A program made the translations under genes and the position numbers. This document shows, piece after piece, positions 10,206 to 20,587 of a stretch of DNA of 64,000 bases (its first letter is position 1; every line of letters begins with the position of its first letter). The notes beneath the pieces were generated by a model. It made no database searches. It was not told the origin of the DNA and worked only from the letters and a program-made list of their open reading frames with translations. This DNA comes from a virus. The stretch spans positions 32,001-96,000 of the IMG/VR virus record IMGVR_UViG_3300009082_000017; one strand, written 5' to 3'.

Positions 10206-10526
10206 CTATTCGCTTTCTTCTTCGTTATTACTATAACCCCTCTTTACAATACCCCTCAAATTAGAAGCTAACTTAAAACTAACACTTTCTGTTTCTGGAA
10301 TTAAAATTTTTGTTTTTGCCCCCTTGATTCCTGGGGTTGGTTTGTTCCCCTCATGTTCTGGGGTGGTGGAGTATTGGAGTTGACCAAATCCACGAATGGA
10401 CAAATCTACTCTTTTTTTTATAATATCGTGTAGTACTTCTATTAGTGAGTTTAGTATATCGTTACATCCCTCTTTTGTATACCCTGATTTTTCGGAGAGG
10501 GCGGTTATAAATTCTTCTTTTTGCAT
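10206..10526 (-). CDS. hup: HU/IHF-like DNA-binding protein (YonN-like position)
   Basis: MQKEEFITALSEKSG...LSIRGFGQL...GNKP...IPETESVSFKLASNLR. Confidence 0.85.
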   Translation of the reverse strand: MQKEEFITALSEKSGYTKEGCNDILNSLIEVLHDIIKKRVDLSIRGFGQLQYSTTPEHEGNKPTPGIKGAKTKILIPETESVSFKLASNLRGIVKRGYSNNEEESE

Positions 10527-10625
10527 TTTGGGTTCCTTTTATTGTTCCTTTTTTAGTTTTAGATATAATTGGTATATATTACCATTAAAGTAGAAAAGTA
10601 CCTTACTCTGTATAAGTATATCTTA

Positions 10626-11405
10626 TCAATGGTTTTCTTGCCAATATTTTTTAGAATTTTCCCTTATTGCGTCTTCTCTTTTTTCTTTATAGCATTCTTT
10701 ACAAAGATTATGCATTTTAGATTTTTCATCTTTTTCTAATGTTTTCTTACACTTCTCACAAAAAATTGGAAGGTATTCTGATAAAATATTTATATCATCT
10801 ATAATCATTTCGATATCAGAATCGTTATTTATAATACACACTTCCCATGTTCTAGTATTTATTTCTGTTGCCGAAATATAACCAGATTCAGCATCTAGGA
10901 AATGTTTCATAATTTTTATTCCATCATTTGTGACTCCTACTTTTGCAATTCTTGTTATCTCTCGCATAGTCTGATAACAATAATATTTTTGACTTTCTAC
11001 TTGTACCTTATTTTTTTTATATACTTTATTTTCTTTCGAATGTTTTGCAAGAACCAACATCACAAATAAAACTTTAGCATACTTATATGGAAGATTTCTA
11101 ATAATATCCATTTCTGCAACAGTTACAATAACGTCATTACAAGTTTTTAGATTATACTTCTCTGCTGACCTTAAAGCATATGCTATGGTTTCTCTATGGA
11201 TTACCTCATTAAAATTAGAACTATGTTCCTTGCAGAAATTAATTAATTCTTTTTTTAATTTTATGCCTGTAATACCAATAGAAAAATAATATTTTGCAAG
11301 TGTCGCTATTTCATATCTAGTTATCGTTCCAGACTCAAATCCATTCTTTAAAATATCCTGTGCTTTTGCCAATTCATCAAAGGTTATTTTTCGATGAGAT
11401 GCCAC
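10626..11405 (-). CDS. Hypothetical protein with C-terminal Zn finger, coupled to the RNAP gene
   Basis: Overlaps the RNAP stop; CEKC...CKEC. Confidence 0.7.
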   Translation of the reverse strand: MASHRKITFDELAKAQDILKNGFESGTITRYEIATLAKYYFSIGITGIKLKKELINFCKEHSSNFNEVIHRETIAYALRSAEKYNLKTCNDVIVTVAEMDIIRNLPYKYAKVLFVMLVLAKHSKENKVYKKNKVQVESQKYYCYQTMREITRIAKVGVTNDGIKIMKHFLDAESGYISATEINTRTWEVCIINNDSDIEMIIDDINILSEYLPIFCEKCKKTLEKDEKSKMHNLCKECYKEKREDAIRENSKKYWQENH

Positions 11406-14080
11406 AAATCAACCCTCACAATCTCATATTTTGATCCCATATAATCTATATATCCATCATTAGATTTTACAGGCATTATGAATTTTCTATTAGAATATTC
11501 TTTCAACACTTCAACCAAATCATCACCAAAAACATCCAATAAAAATGATGAACCAAATTCACTTCCCCAATAAACTATTTCGTCTGAAGAAGTTACAATA
11601 GAATCTGATTGTTCGCGTAACCACTTCATCATTTCTTGGAAACCAGATGAACTTGACTTATAGTTGATCTGCTGTTTGAATTGTCTGTACTTTTGATATA
11701 GGTTTTCAAGAACCACTTTATTCTTTTCTTTATATTCGATATTGTTATCTACTAAACTCTTAAAATCAAAAGATTTTAATTGATTATTCTTTTTTAGTTC
11801 TTTTACTTGTGATTCCATGTAGTGACAAATTTTATTCATAACACAATCAGAGTCTAGTAATGTACCAAAACGATAATAGTTACTAACAATTCGTGATTCT
11901 TCTTCATTTTTGTTTTCTTTATTTATGATATGGTTTAAGTCTCCATCGAATTTTGATTCACAATAATTATTATAAGTATCTAAGCGTTCTTTGTACTCTT
12001 TTTCATAATTTGGATATAAGTATCTAAAGAAATAAGGTCGTTTATCACAAATAGTACGATGATGTAATTCTTTTAAATGTAATTCTTCTGGTGTTTCGTC
12101 TCCGGTTATCTTTTCCCATTTTGTCCAATATTTAGGAACATCCATGGTTTGGATTCCTTTTGCACGATCTATTTCCATAGATTGAAGACAATTACAAATT
12201 TTTAGACGGTTTAAAATTTCGTTGTATTCTTCCGAGCCTTCTTCAAATTGAGATAGCATAGCAAAGAATTCTGTACCAAAATTAGTATAGAGACCTATCC
12301 GACCTTTGAAGGTTTTTATATCGTATTCCCATAGTTCGGATTCTACTATAATTTTCTTTTCTGCGGTTTTCCTATTATACATAGGAGGAAGAAAATCTTT
12401 TTCAGCATAAGCGCATTCCAAAAATTCTTTCTGATCTGTAGTCAATAAAATATCACCGTCGAAATCACAATTGCTCATCTTTAGAGCATCTATGCCATAA
12501 ATATTAAATACTATGCCCGTATCAAGATACTTGTACCAATACTTTAAATCTTCATTATTTTTTATATTTAATAAATTTGATTCCGAACGCCACGTCATAG
12601 GACTTCGTATTGCACAAACTTTAGAAATATTTTTTTCGTTCCAGAATTGGCAAAAGCTTTCTCCATCACTCAAAATACCTTTAGTTTGTAAACCTAGCGC
12701 CCATTCCGCTTGAGCAAAAGGGTCGCTGACGAGGAATTGGTAATTACCATTTAAAAGCAAAACTCCCAAATAACTTTCTTTTATTTTTTTATTTATTAAT
12801 CGTTGTATCTTATTTTGAATTTGTTTGTCATTAATAAGTTTAGGTTCTAATAATAAAGATTGAAGTAATGGATTGTCTAATTTGTTAAACCAATCTTCGC
12901 CAATTCTGCTTTTATCAATATCTCCCATAAGGAAAAGAGTTGTATAAATCCAATCATTTCCAGTTACATTATTAAACCAATCAACTGTTTTTTTACACAA
13001 TCCTTCGACTTGTTCTTTTGTTTGTATATTTAGATTCTGTAAATATTGATAGGTGGAAAAACAGTGCCCCTTCTCGGAAGATGGCTTAATGCTACAGCGT
13101 GATATTCCAAACGAATAGTCTAACTCTTTACATTTTTCAATATATTCTTCTGTGCTTTTATAAGATTGATACATTTTAAATTGTGAGACAGAAATAATTG
13201 TGTCAATACTTTCAATAGGATATTGATTTCCGTAAACATCTTTAATTGTTTCAATATTATTTCTTCTTGCTAATTCGTGAAAGTCAAATGTAACTAACAA
13301 ACCCTTTAGAAAACCGTCTCTTATAATAAACTCTGATGGAGTATAGTCAAGTTGTAATTCCGCCCCCCACTGTTTTGATCTTTCGGGACTCACTAATCCC
13401 TGTCCATCAAACAAATTAAATTTTGTATTTTGTTTTTCAGGATATACTAAAGGATCTTTGCTTTTATTTCCATCATCATGTAAAAAGTCTACTTCAATTA
13501 TTTTTTCAATTTCACAATCTGGTATTACAACAAATTTTGGAACTGACACTCGAAGTGTAGAAGAACTAGCTAAAGCCAAATATGCAGAATATTTATTTGG
13601 GACTAATGGAATTGTTTCGTCTCTTCCGCAATTTAAAAATTTATGCAAATCAGAAAAAATTTCTTCCGTACAAAAAAGAACGGTGCTACGGCGTGCCATT
13701 CCCGCCCCAACTAAAAGACGAACATATTTTTTGCCATTAATCCAAATACCACCTTTGCCTATAATTGTTTTATAATGTCTGGAATCATCAAATTCTATAC
13801 TAATAATATCTTCTATATAAAGTAATTTATCTAATTGTTCATTAATAAAAGAATTTGACTTACGTTTTTTCTTTTTACGAATTAGATCATCAACTTCTGA
13901 TTGATTGTAAGTTATATTGCGTATTCGTTGAATTGCGCGTAATAATTCTGAATTTGATAAGCGAATTACTTCCCCATTTTGTCTTGCTTGGTCTAGAGTT
14001 AATTTTTCTATTTTATATCCGGTATCTCGAAGTCTGGATGAACTAAACTTGAGAACGAAGAAGCTCTGGATTTTCTTAAT
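11384..14080 (-). CDS. yonO: YonO-like single-subunit DNA-dependent RNA polymerase (about 898 aa)
   Basis: Catalytic motif MSNCDFDGD plus FDGQGL, RSPMT, SMEIDRAKG. The frame stays open 127 codons upstream of ATG 13699 to ATT 14080, preceded by SD GAGGTG. Lies one ORF away from HU, similar to SPbeta yonN-yonO. Confidence 0.85.
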   Translation of the reverse strand: MKKIQSFFVLKFSSSRLRDTGYKIEKLTLDQARQNGEVIRLSNSELLRAIQRIRNITYNQSEVDDLIRKKKKRKSNSFINEQLDKLLYIEDIISIEFDDSRHYKTIIGKGGIWINGKKYVRLLVGAGMARRSTVLFCTEEIFSDLHKFLNCGRDETIPLVPNKYSAYLALASSSTLRVSVPKFVVIPDCEIEKIIEVDFLHDDGNKSKDPLVYPEKQNTKFNLFDGQGLVSPERSKQWGAELQLDYTPSEFIIRDGFLKGLLVTFDFHELARRNNIETIKDVYGNQYPIESIDTIISVSQFKMYQSYKSTEEYIEKCKELDYSFGISRCSIKPSSEKGHCFSTYQYLQNLNIQTKEQVEGLCKKTVDWFNNVTGNDWIYTTLFLMGDIDKSRIGEDWFNKLDNPLLQSLLLEPKLINDKQIQNKIQRLINKKIKESYLGVLLLNGNYQFLVSDPFAQAEWALGLQTKGILSDGESFCQFWNEKNISKVCAIRSPMTWRSESNLLNIKNNEDLKYWYKYLDTGIVFNIYGIDALKMSNCDFDGDILLTTDQKEFLECAYAEKDFLPPMYNRKTAEKKIIVESELWEYDIKTFKGRIGLYTNFGTEFFAMLSQFEEGSEEYNEILNRLKICNCLQSMEIDRAKGIQTMDVPKYWTKWEKITGDETPEELHLKELHHRTICDKRPYFFRYLYPNYEKEYKERLDTYNNYCESKFDGDLNHIINKENKNEEESRIVSNYYRFGTLLDSDCVMNKICHYMESQVKELKKNNQLKSFDFKSLVDNNIEYKEKNKVVLENLYQKYRQFKQQINYKSSSSGFQEMMKWLREQSDSIVTSSDEIVYWGSEFGSSFLLDVFGDDLVEVLKEYSNRKFIMPVKSNDGYIDYMGSKYEIVRVDLWHLIEK

Positions 14081-14123
14081 AGCTCACCTCTCTGTATTGT
14101 ATTTTTTATTGATTTATTTTAAG

Positions 14124-14363
14124 TTATTGTAATTCGGAGTGTTTAAAATTTACGCTTCTTTGAATGAATTTTCTGTATGACATCTCAGCCCACGTAAATT
14201 CAAACTCATCATAATTACATTCTTCTAATTCACAATCCCAAAACTTACATTCCTGTTTCCCTTCACAACAATTACAATCTTCCAAATCACCCTCTTGACA
14301 AACTACATAATCTGTGTTACTATTACTCTCTAAATTGCTACTTACGCCATTATAATTTTCCAT
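14124..14363 (-). CDS. Small Cys/Glu-rich hypothetical protein
   Basis: Co-oriented ORF between the promoter and the RNAP gene; weak SD. Confidence 0.4.
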   Translation of the reverse strand: MENYNGVSSNLESNSNTDYVVCQEGDLEDCNCCEGKQECKFWDCELEECNYDEFEFTWAEMSYRKFIQRSVNFKHSELQ

Positions 14364-14645
14364 TAAATATTTTTCTTAGAAATAAATAAAACTATCTAAA
14401 ATATATCCTCCTTCCTTTCTATAATATATTACTTACGAATATTGTGACGGATTTGTTTTCTAAACCGATAAGGAATACCACCACTCATCGAACTGCGCCC
14501 AGTACGTTTACTACTATTGTTATTAGGATTATTGAACAAGATTGATGCGCCTATAAAAATTATTAAAGCTATTACCCACATAATTATTTACCTTATCCCT
14601 TTCTATATAGAAATATAACAAAAGAATTACTTTGTTATTTCTATA

Positions 14646-14756
14646 AGTCTATCACACTTTTGCGTTTTTGTCAAGGGTTAAATAGAACCAATTTTCTATG
14701 TTCAATAAACTGTAATGTCTGTAGACCTTGACAAATTCTTAAAAGTGTGTTATACT
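14646..14756. promoter_or_regulatory. Divergent sigma70 promoters with a LexA-like box between them
   Basis: Minus: TTGACA-17-TAGACT (14646-14674). Plus: TTGACA-17-TATACT (14728-14756). TAGAAC-caat-TTTCTA at 14683-14698. Confidence 0.7.
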
Positions 14757-14893
14757 ACTCTTACAAAAACTGGACTAGATTATGTCTATGGGTGCATCTA
14801 TGGATATAATGACAAACTGGTGTTGTCTCCGCGCCAAGTCCAGTATTTTATTCTTGGAGATGATTTATTATTTAAGTAAAGGAGAAAATAATT

Positions 14894-15103
14894 ATGTATT
14901 ATATTGGTGAAGTATTGTTTGAAGATTTAAATTGGAAAGGAAAGCCTATGGTTGAGTTGTGGAATGATACGTGTTATTCTTCTGAAGTTGATGCAAAGAA
15001 AGCATTAGAAAGAATAAAAGAAGAAACAAATCGTTTAACTCTTCAAATTGTTAATGATAAAAAATATGATGTTTATACCTGTTATCCATGGCTAAAAGAA
15101 TAA
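14894..15103 (+). CDS. Hypothetical protein
   Basis: SD AAAGGAG. Confidence 0.7.
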   Translation: MYYIGEVLFEDLNWKGKPMVELWNDTCYSSEVDAKKALERIKEETNRLTLQIVNDKKYDVYTCYPWLKE

Positions 15104-15106
15104 TTC

Positions 15107-16594
15107 ATGACACGACAATATATATCAGATATAATAAATCAAGAAGAAATCTCTAGGTGGTCTCCCAAGGATAGAATATTAATAGACGCTCAAACTGGCT
15201 TTGGTAAATCTCAATTTGTTAAGAACGAATTATATAATTATTGTAAAAAGAATGATAAAAAAATATTACTTCTTTCAAATCGTAATGCTCTAAGAAGTCA
15301 GAATAATGAGGAATTAAAAGAAAATAAATTAGATGTTATTGCTTTAAAAAACTATCAAAATATTGAAGCCATGGTATTGTCAGGATCAGAAATCGCATCT
15401 TTATTTGAACCTTATGATTTTATAATTTTTGACGAATGCCATTATATAACATCTGATAGTAACTTCAGTAATACAACCGACATTCTTTTGTCTCAACTTA
15501 AGAATCCTTTATCAGATAAAATATATATCTTTTTAAGTGCTACGACAGATGCTATTCTAACATATGAAGATACTTTTGATTTTACATATATCATTCCAAA
15601 AGATTATTCCTATATTGAAAATTTATATTTTTATTCTAAAGCAGAAACCCTCAATAATATTTTAGAAAAAATTCCTTATGAAGAGAAAGTTATATATTTT
15701 GGGACAGCCTTAGAATCTTTAGAACTTAGTTTATTGTTTAATGATTCTGCATTCATGTGTTCTGAAAATAATAGAGAATTCTATAGAAAATCATCCAAAA
15801 CTGTAAGTCAAGATATTGGAGAAAATTCATATTTTAAACCAAGAATGTTATTTACAACAAAAGTTATTGACAATGGTGTCAATATTATAGATGCTCAGTT
15901 AAAACATATAATTATTGATTTGTTTGATCCTATAGATGTCATCCAATGCTTGGGGAGAAAGCGTGTCACTGGTGTTAATGATAAAATTAATCTATATATA
16001 AAAAATTATCATGGCGGAGAAATTTATCCAAGGATACAAAGAATAGATGATAAATTAAAACAAGTACAAGAATTGGAAGATTTGGGCAAAGAAGAATTCC
16101 AAAAGAAATATGCTAGATCTGCATTTGATTCTGTTATTAGAAATAACTTTGAAATCAATGAAGCCAAAATGATTTACTATAAATATATTCGATCTATTTC
16201 TTTAGATATGATTTCTAATAAAGATACTGATGGATACAAAAGATTTATATCTAAGAAATTAGAGATTGATTTTGATAATATAAAAATAGCAGAAGAGTAT
16301 TATGAGAAAGAATGTTTGTCTGATATTCTAGAACAATATATAGGTAAGAGAATTTATAAGGGAGAAATTCAAGAAGCATTTAAAGAGAAATTCTTTAATA
16401 AATTATTTGATCCAAAAAGAAGATTGGACTATAGAAGTAGAGGATATAATACTATGAATAATATTTTACAAGATGATAATCTTCCTTATTATATTACCAC
16501 TATTTTAGATAGAGAGGCACATAGTCAACACAAAGGAAAGAAATATTGGATTGTAAATAAATCTATTCCTCCAATAGAGGTAATGGAAGAATAA
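15107..16594 (+). CDS. SF2 (DExH) helicase-like protein
   Basis: AQTGFGKS, DECH, SAT, TKVIDNGVN, QCLGRKR. Confidence 0.85.
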   Translation: MTRQYISDIINQEEISRWSPKDRILIDAQTGFGKSQFVKNELYNYCKKNDKKILLLSNRNALRSQNNEELKENKLDVIALKNYQNIEAMVLSGSEIASLFEPYDFIIFDECHYITSDSNFSNTTDILLSQLKNPLSDKIYIFLSATTDAILTYEDTFDFTYIIPKDYSYIENLYFYSKAETLNNILEKIPYEEKVIYFGTALESLELSLLFNDSAFMCSENNREFYRKSSKTVSQDIGENSYFKPRMLFTTKVIDNGVNIIDAQLKHIIIDLFDPIDVIQCLGRKRVTGVNDKINLYIKNYHGGEIYPRIQRIDDKLKQVQELEDLGKEEFQKKYARSAFDSVIRNNFEINEAKMIYYKYIRSISLDMISNKDTDGYKRFISKKLEIDFDNIKIAEEYYEKECLSDILEQYIGKRIYKGEIQEAFKEKFFNKLFDPKRRLDYRSRGYNTMNNILQDDNLPYYITTILDREAHSQHKGKKYWIVNKSIPPIEVMEE

Positions 16595-16801
16595 ATAATT
16601 ATTAGTAGAAATAATACAATTTTTAAAAGTCTGCCATGATAACAAGTGTACACACTAATTAACTGGTTCTCCCATATTTTTATAAATATGTCATTAAATT
16701 ACGTAAAAGCTCTATATAAGGAAATACGGAAAAACATGACAAATTTAAAAGACTATCCCTATTAAATCACCATAGTTTCCTAACGGAAACGCTTACCACT
16801 T

Positions 16802-16887
16802 AATTAAAACGAATGGCGAAAAACCTGCCATTCGTTTTAATTTTAAAATAAAAAACGACAAAGAGCAAGAGCGTCGTTTTTTATTTT
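16802..16887. terminator. Two tandem perfect hairpins (16 and 15 bp)
   Basis: 16802-16842 and 16845-16887, with T/A tails. Confidence 0.6.
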
Positions 16888-16979
16888 TAGTTAATATGTT
16901 ATTTTTTTATTTGTAGTAGTAGTAAGAGATGTAAGCCTATACCTATACATAGAATCTAATACTATATACTCTATCCTAA

Positions 16980-17850
16980 AGTTGTAAAATAGGGGTAGGG
17001 TATTTTTTATTTAAATTTATTTAATTTTATCATATTTTTATAGATATAGGGTCGAGAAATACACTAAATCTATTCGATACATGAGGTTATCGAGAAAAGT
17101 ATATGTAAGGTATTGGTATAGGGATAGGGATAGGAATAATATCGAAATCCTGAGAAATATGATGTCTGGTTAGGGATATTGTGGATATAGGGTTATGAGG
17201 ATAGGAGTGAGATATTTGTAGGGATTTATGATGGAATGGGAATAGGTATAGGGTAAGGGTGTGTGAGTGGAAGTGCTATCACGGTTATAGGACATGTGTT
17301 CTAGTCTGAATTTGTAAAGTACCCCCACCTTATTTATATTTTACATAGTGATTATAAGTAATAATCTATATGACAATAGCAGGATCCTGATTATCCTGGC
17401 GGATCTGTAATGAAATGAAGATTTTATAGGATAAATGTTCTATAATATAGGGTTAGGCTGATTTTACCGGATTCGAGTAACAAGCAACTTATAAGAGAAG
17501 TATTATACTATACAATGATACAATAATACAATGATACACTATAAACATTATACTAACACTATACATATAAATATATTATATTACACTGTATAGTATAAGA
17601 TAATAAACTAACACCATACCATACCATACCATACCAATCATACTATTATAACCCTAACACTATACTTATATACATTATACTGTATTATACATAGTATATC
17701 GTTATCCGATATATAAAACTAATCATATACTAATCTATATATTCTCAATCAATCAATCAATTAATCAATCTATTTATCTAATCCATTCCAGAAACTAATC
17801 TAATTACTAATCACTAATCACTATACACTAATCCTCAACTAAACTTAAAA
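16980..17850. repeat. Non-coding low-complexity region with a G-rich then C-rich top strand
   Basis: GGGATAGGGATAGG/TAGGGT motifs on the left; (ACCAT)4 at 17613-17636, (AATC)n at 17747-17770 and ATACAATG repeats on the right. Confidence 0.7.
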
Positions 17851-17851
17851 C

Positions 17852-17881
17852 AAAAAGACTAGATTTTACTCTAGTCTTTTT
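17852..17881. terminator. Bidirectional intrinsic terminator
   Basis: AAAAAGACTAGA-ttttac-TCTAGTCTTTTT. Confidence 0.7.
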
Positions 17882-17914
17882 ATACTCTATTCGATTGTCA
17901 ATTGAATTATTTTA

Positions 17915-18292
17915 TTATCTGGCTAATGAATGATCAATCATAATCAGATAATAACCTATTGCTTCCAATGAGTAAAATTTATTAGCTTTGTAATTTTGAT
18001 TATCCAAAAAACCTATTAATTCGGATGTAGAGACTGACAATACCGGATTATTCTCATTTTGAGAATAGCGATAATACAATTCTTTTTCTTTAATTGTAAT
18101 CTGGAATTCCAGTCTATAACCTTTATTTTCAATTGTAAAATTGAAATAATTATACTCTTCATGATATTCGATATTAGAATACCAGTCAATACCAATTTTT
18201 TTAGCAAGTTTAATTGCTTTGGCTTTGGCTAAAATTGCATTATCTGAAAATTGATTATTCTCAAATTTTGAATCCAATAAGTTAATTTTCAT
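17915..18292 (-). CDS. Hypothetical protein
   Basis: SD AGAGGA; followed by a terminator. Confidence 0.7.
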   Translation of the reverse strand: MKINLLDSKFENNQFSDNAILAKAKAIKLAKKIGIDWYSNIEYHEEYNYFNFTIENKGYRLEFQITIKEKELYYRYSQNENNPVLSVSTSELIGFLDNQNYKANKFYSLEAIGYYLIMIDHSLAR

Positions 18293-18412
18293 TTTTTCCT
18301 CTTTTTTGAATGATTGATTAATTACTTTATTAAGTCTATTATAAGCAATTAAAATATAAAAGTCAATCCTTTTAACCTTAAAAAATCTAATATTTTAAGA
18401 ATTCTAATTTAA

Positions 18413-18453
18413 ATAAAAAATAGTCCAGTATAAAAATACTAGACTATTTTTAT
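18413..18453. terminator. Terminator-like hairpin
   Basis: AAAAATAGTCcAGTAT/ATACTaGACTATTTTT. Confidence 0.55.
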
Positions 18454-18474
18454 CCGTGTAATTATTATTTATTT

Positions 18475-18765
18475 TTATTCCAACTTTACAACCTGACACC
18501 GACAAAATACTGCGGATGTAGTGGTATATTTCTTTACAACATCCTGACCGGTATTATCATCATGTTTAACACTACTTCCGATCACTGGAATTTTAATACC
18601 ACGCTCGCCTTTTTTAACTATATATCCTTGCGATTTCCAACGGTTAAAAGTATATACATCCTGATAAGGAATACATCCGCATGGTAACGCATTCGCAACG
18701 GTTAAGGCATTGTATATTGAGAATCTGTTAAATTGTGTAGCTTGTTCTGAAGTCATGGTTGTCAT
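18475..18765 (-). CDS. ardC: ArdC N-terminal-like ssDNA-binding (anti-restriction) protein
   Basis: FSIYN...TFNRWKSQGYIVKKGERGIKI...AVFCRCQV matches the ArdC-N/DUF1738 pattern; no metalloprotease domain. Confidence 0.65.
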   Translation of the reverse strand: MTTMTSEQATQFNRFSIYNALTVANALPCGCIPYQDVYTFNRWKSQGYIVKKGERGIKIPVIGSSVKHDDNTGQDVVKKYTTTSAVFCRCQVVKLE

Positions 18766-18782
18766 TTTATTTTATCCTTTTT

Positions 18783-18980
18783 TTAAATAATATTACTACA
18801 ATAATTCAAATTTGATTGATTAATTTGGCCCTCGTAATAATTCGCATCATGCAATACAGTATGAGTTTTTCTATATTCTAATTCTTGAAAATACTTATTA
18901 ATCTTGTTTTTTCGTTCTAATTCTCTTTTTTCATTTTCTTGTTCCCACTTCTGAGCAACTGTTAATTTTTTGTTTTTCAT
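18783..18980 (-). CDS. Hypothetical protein
   Basis: SD AAGGA. Confidence 0.6.
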   Translation of the reverse strand: MKNKKLTVAQKWEQENEKRELERKNKINKYFQELEYRKTHTVLHDANYYEGQINQSNLNYCSNII

Positions 18981-19512
18981 GATATTTATCCTTTTTTATA
19001 TTGAATTGTAAAATCATTCTACCATATAAAAAACAAAATACAATACCTTAAACCTTAAAAAATCCATTTTAAAACATTTTTTAAGAATTCTAATATAATA
19101 ATAAATTTGATCATTTCTAGCCTTATATAGTAGAATAACCCATAAATACAATACACCCAATTTAAGGCATCCAGAAGCCATTTTTAGCGATTTTATTATT
19201 GCAAGGTATAAAATACCATAAATGATATATAAAACGATTACAGGCATTCCCACGAACCGATTTAAGGTTGTTCTATAATTCGTTAAGATAATGTTCTATG
19301 TTTTGACTATAAAATGTATCATTTTAGAACCTAATCTTAACAAAAGTTGAATATAATTTTGGTATTAGAATTAAAAAATAAGATTGATTTTAAAATAAAA
19401 TTTTAAGGTTGTTCTATAAGATTTTTTAAGGTTGTTCTATTGTATGTTCTATTTTGTTTTGATACAATGATTACAGATTAGAAAATAATTCAAATTTCAA
19501 GAAAGGTTAAAA

Positions 19513-19725
19513 ATGACTAAAAAAGATTACATCCAATTTGCAAAAATTTTAAAAAATGCTAGAGAACATACAAATACACAACCATTTTTTAACGATGCTG
19601 CAAAAATTAGTGCAAATATGATCATTAATAAAATTCAATCTGATTTAATGGAAGTCTTAAAAAAAGATAATCCGACATTCAATAAAACAAGATTTATTAA
19701 TGCTTGCTATCCTGATAATAAATAG
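19513..19725 (+). CDS. Small phage early protein
   Basis: MTKKDY...DNPTFNKTRFINAC resembles a recurrent phage family; SD AAAGG. Confidence 0.75.
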   Translation: MTKKDYIQFAKILKNAREHTNTQPFFNDAAKISANMIINKIQSDLMEVLKKDNPTFNKTRFINACYPDNK

Positions 19726-20183
19726 ATTATACTCTTATCATATAACCGGATTATATAACAGAATCCGGTTATAACATAAGGTTATAATAAGGTAACCGGT
19801 ATATAATGGAGTATAACAGAATGAAAAAAATCATTAACAAAAAATGGATGATGGATACCAGACAAGTTAAAAAATTTAACCTGAAAGTCGCACGAAAAAA
19901 CAAGGCTGCACGTATTGAATTTTTAACACGGTTGGATGTATAATCATGTCAACAAAATTTAAAAAATGGTTTTTTGGCTGGCACTATGCGCCTGAATTAC
20001 TACAATCATTAATAGGAATTAATAACAGGCTAGTCGGTTTTAATGTAATCTGGCATGAAAACGGATATCACTTCCGACTAATCAACTAATTTTATTTTGA
20101 CTCTTGTAATTCAGTTAACAGCATGGTACAATTGAATTACAAGCGCGGAAGTAAAATTAAAAAATTAAAAAGGATGGTTTAAA

Positions 20184-20471
20184 ATGGAAGAAAAACGCGC
20201 AGTATTAGTTTATCAGGCAGGAATTGCAAACGTTTTTGAAGTTGAATGTTTCAATATGTGCAATTTTGGAAGAAACGCAAAAAGAATTTTGCAAAGTGAT
20301 TTTAACACGTGCGAATCATTCGCAAATGGTTTAAAATATGCCGGATTTAAAATCACTTCTGCCGGTTGCAATATGGCCGGCAATATCATTAACAGCGAAT
20401 GGAATACGAATCTAGAATCACTGCCCTTTAATGATAAATTTCATCCTGTTTATAATGGAATACTTCATTAA
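20184..20471 (+). CDS. Hypothetical protein
   Basis: SD; early array. Confidence 0.7.
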   Translation: MEEKRAVLVYQAGIANVFEVECFNMCNFGRNAKRILQSDFNTCESFANGLKYAGFKITSAGCNMAGNIINSEWNTNLESLPFNDKFHPVYNGILH

Positions 20472-20587
20472 TTTTATCCTGATCATGCCGGTTTAATAAT
20501 AGTATAGACCGGCAAAATGAGTATAAAATTAAAAAATTCGGTTATAATACTTAACAGAAAACAAAATTTGAATAACAGGATTAAAAA

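Noticed and set aside
11384-14080. Intron, intein or frameshift splitting the RNAP
   Set aside because: The frame is continuous to 14080; the apparent truncation is only a missing canonical start codon.
19014-19253. 79-aa minus-strand ORF
   Set aside because: It lies in the divergent promoter/hairpin region, has no SD and has low-complexity composition.
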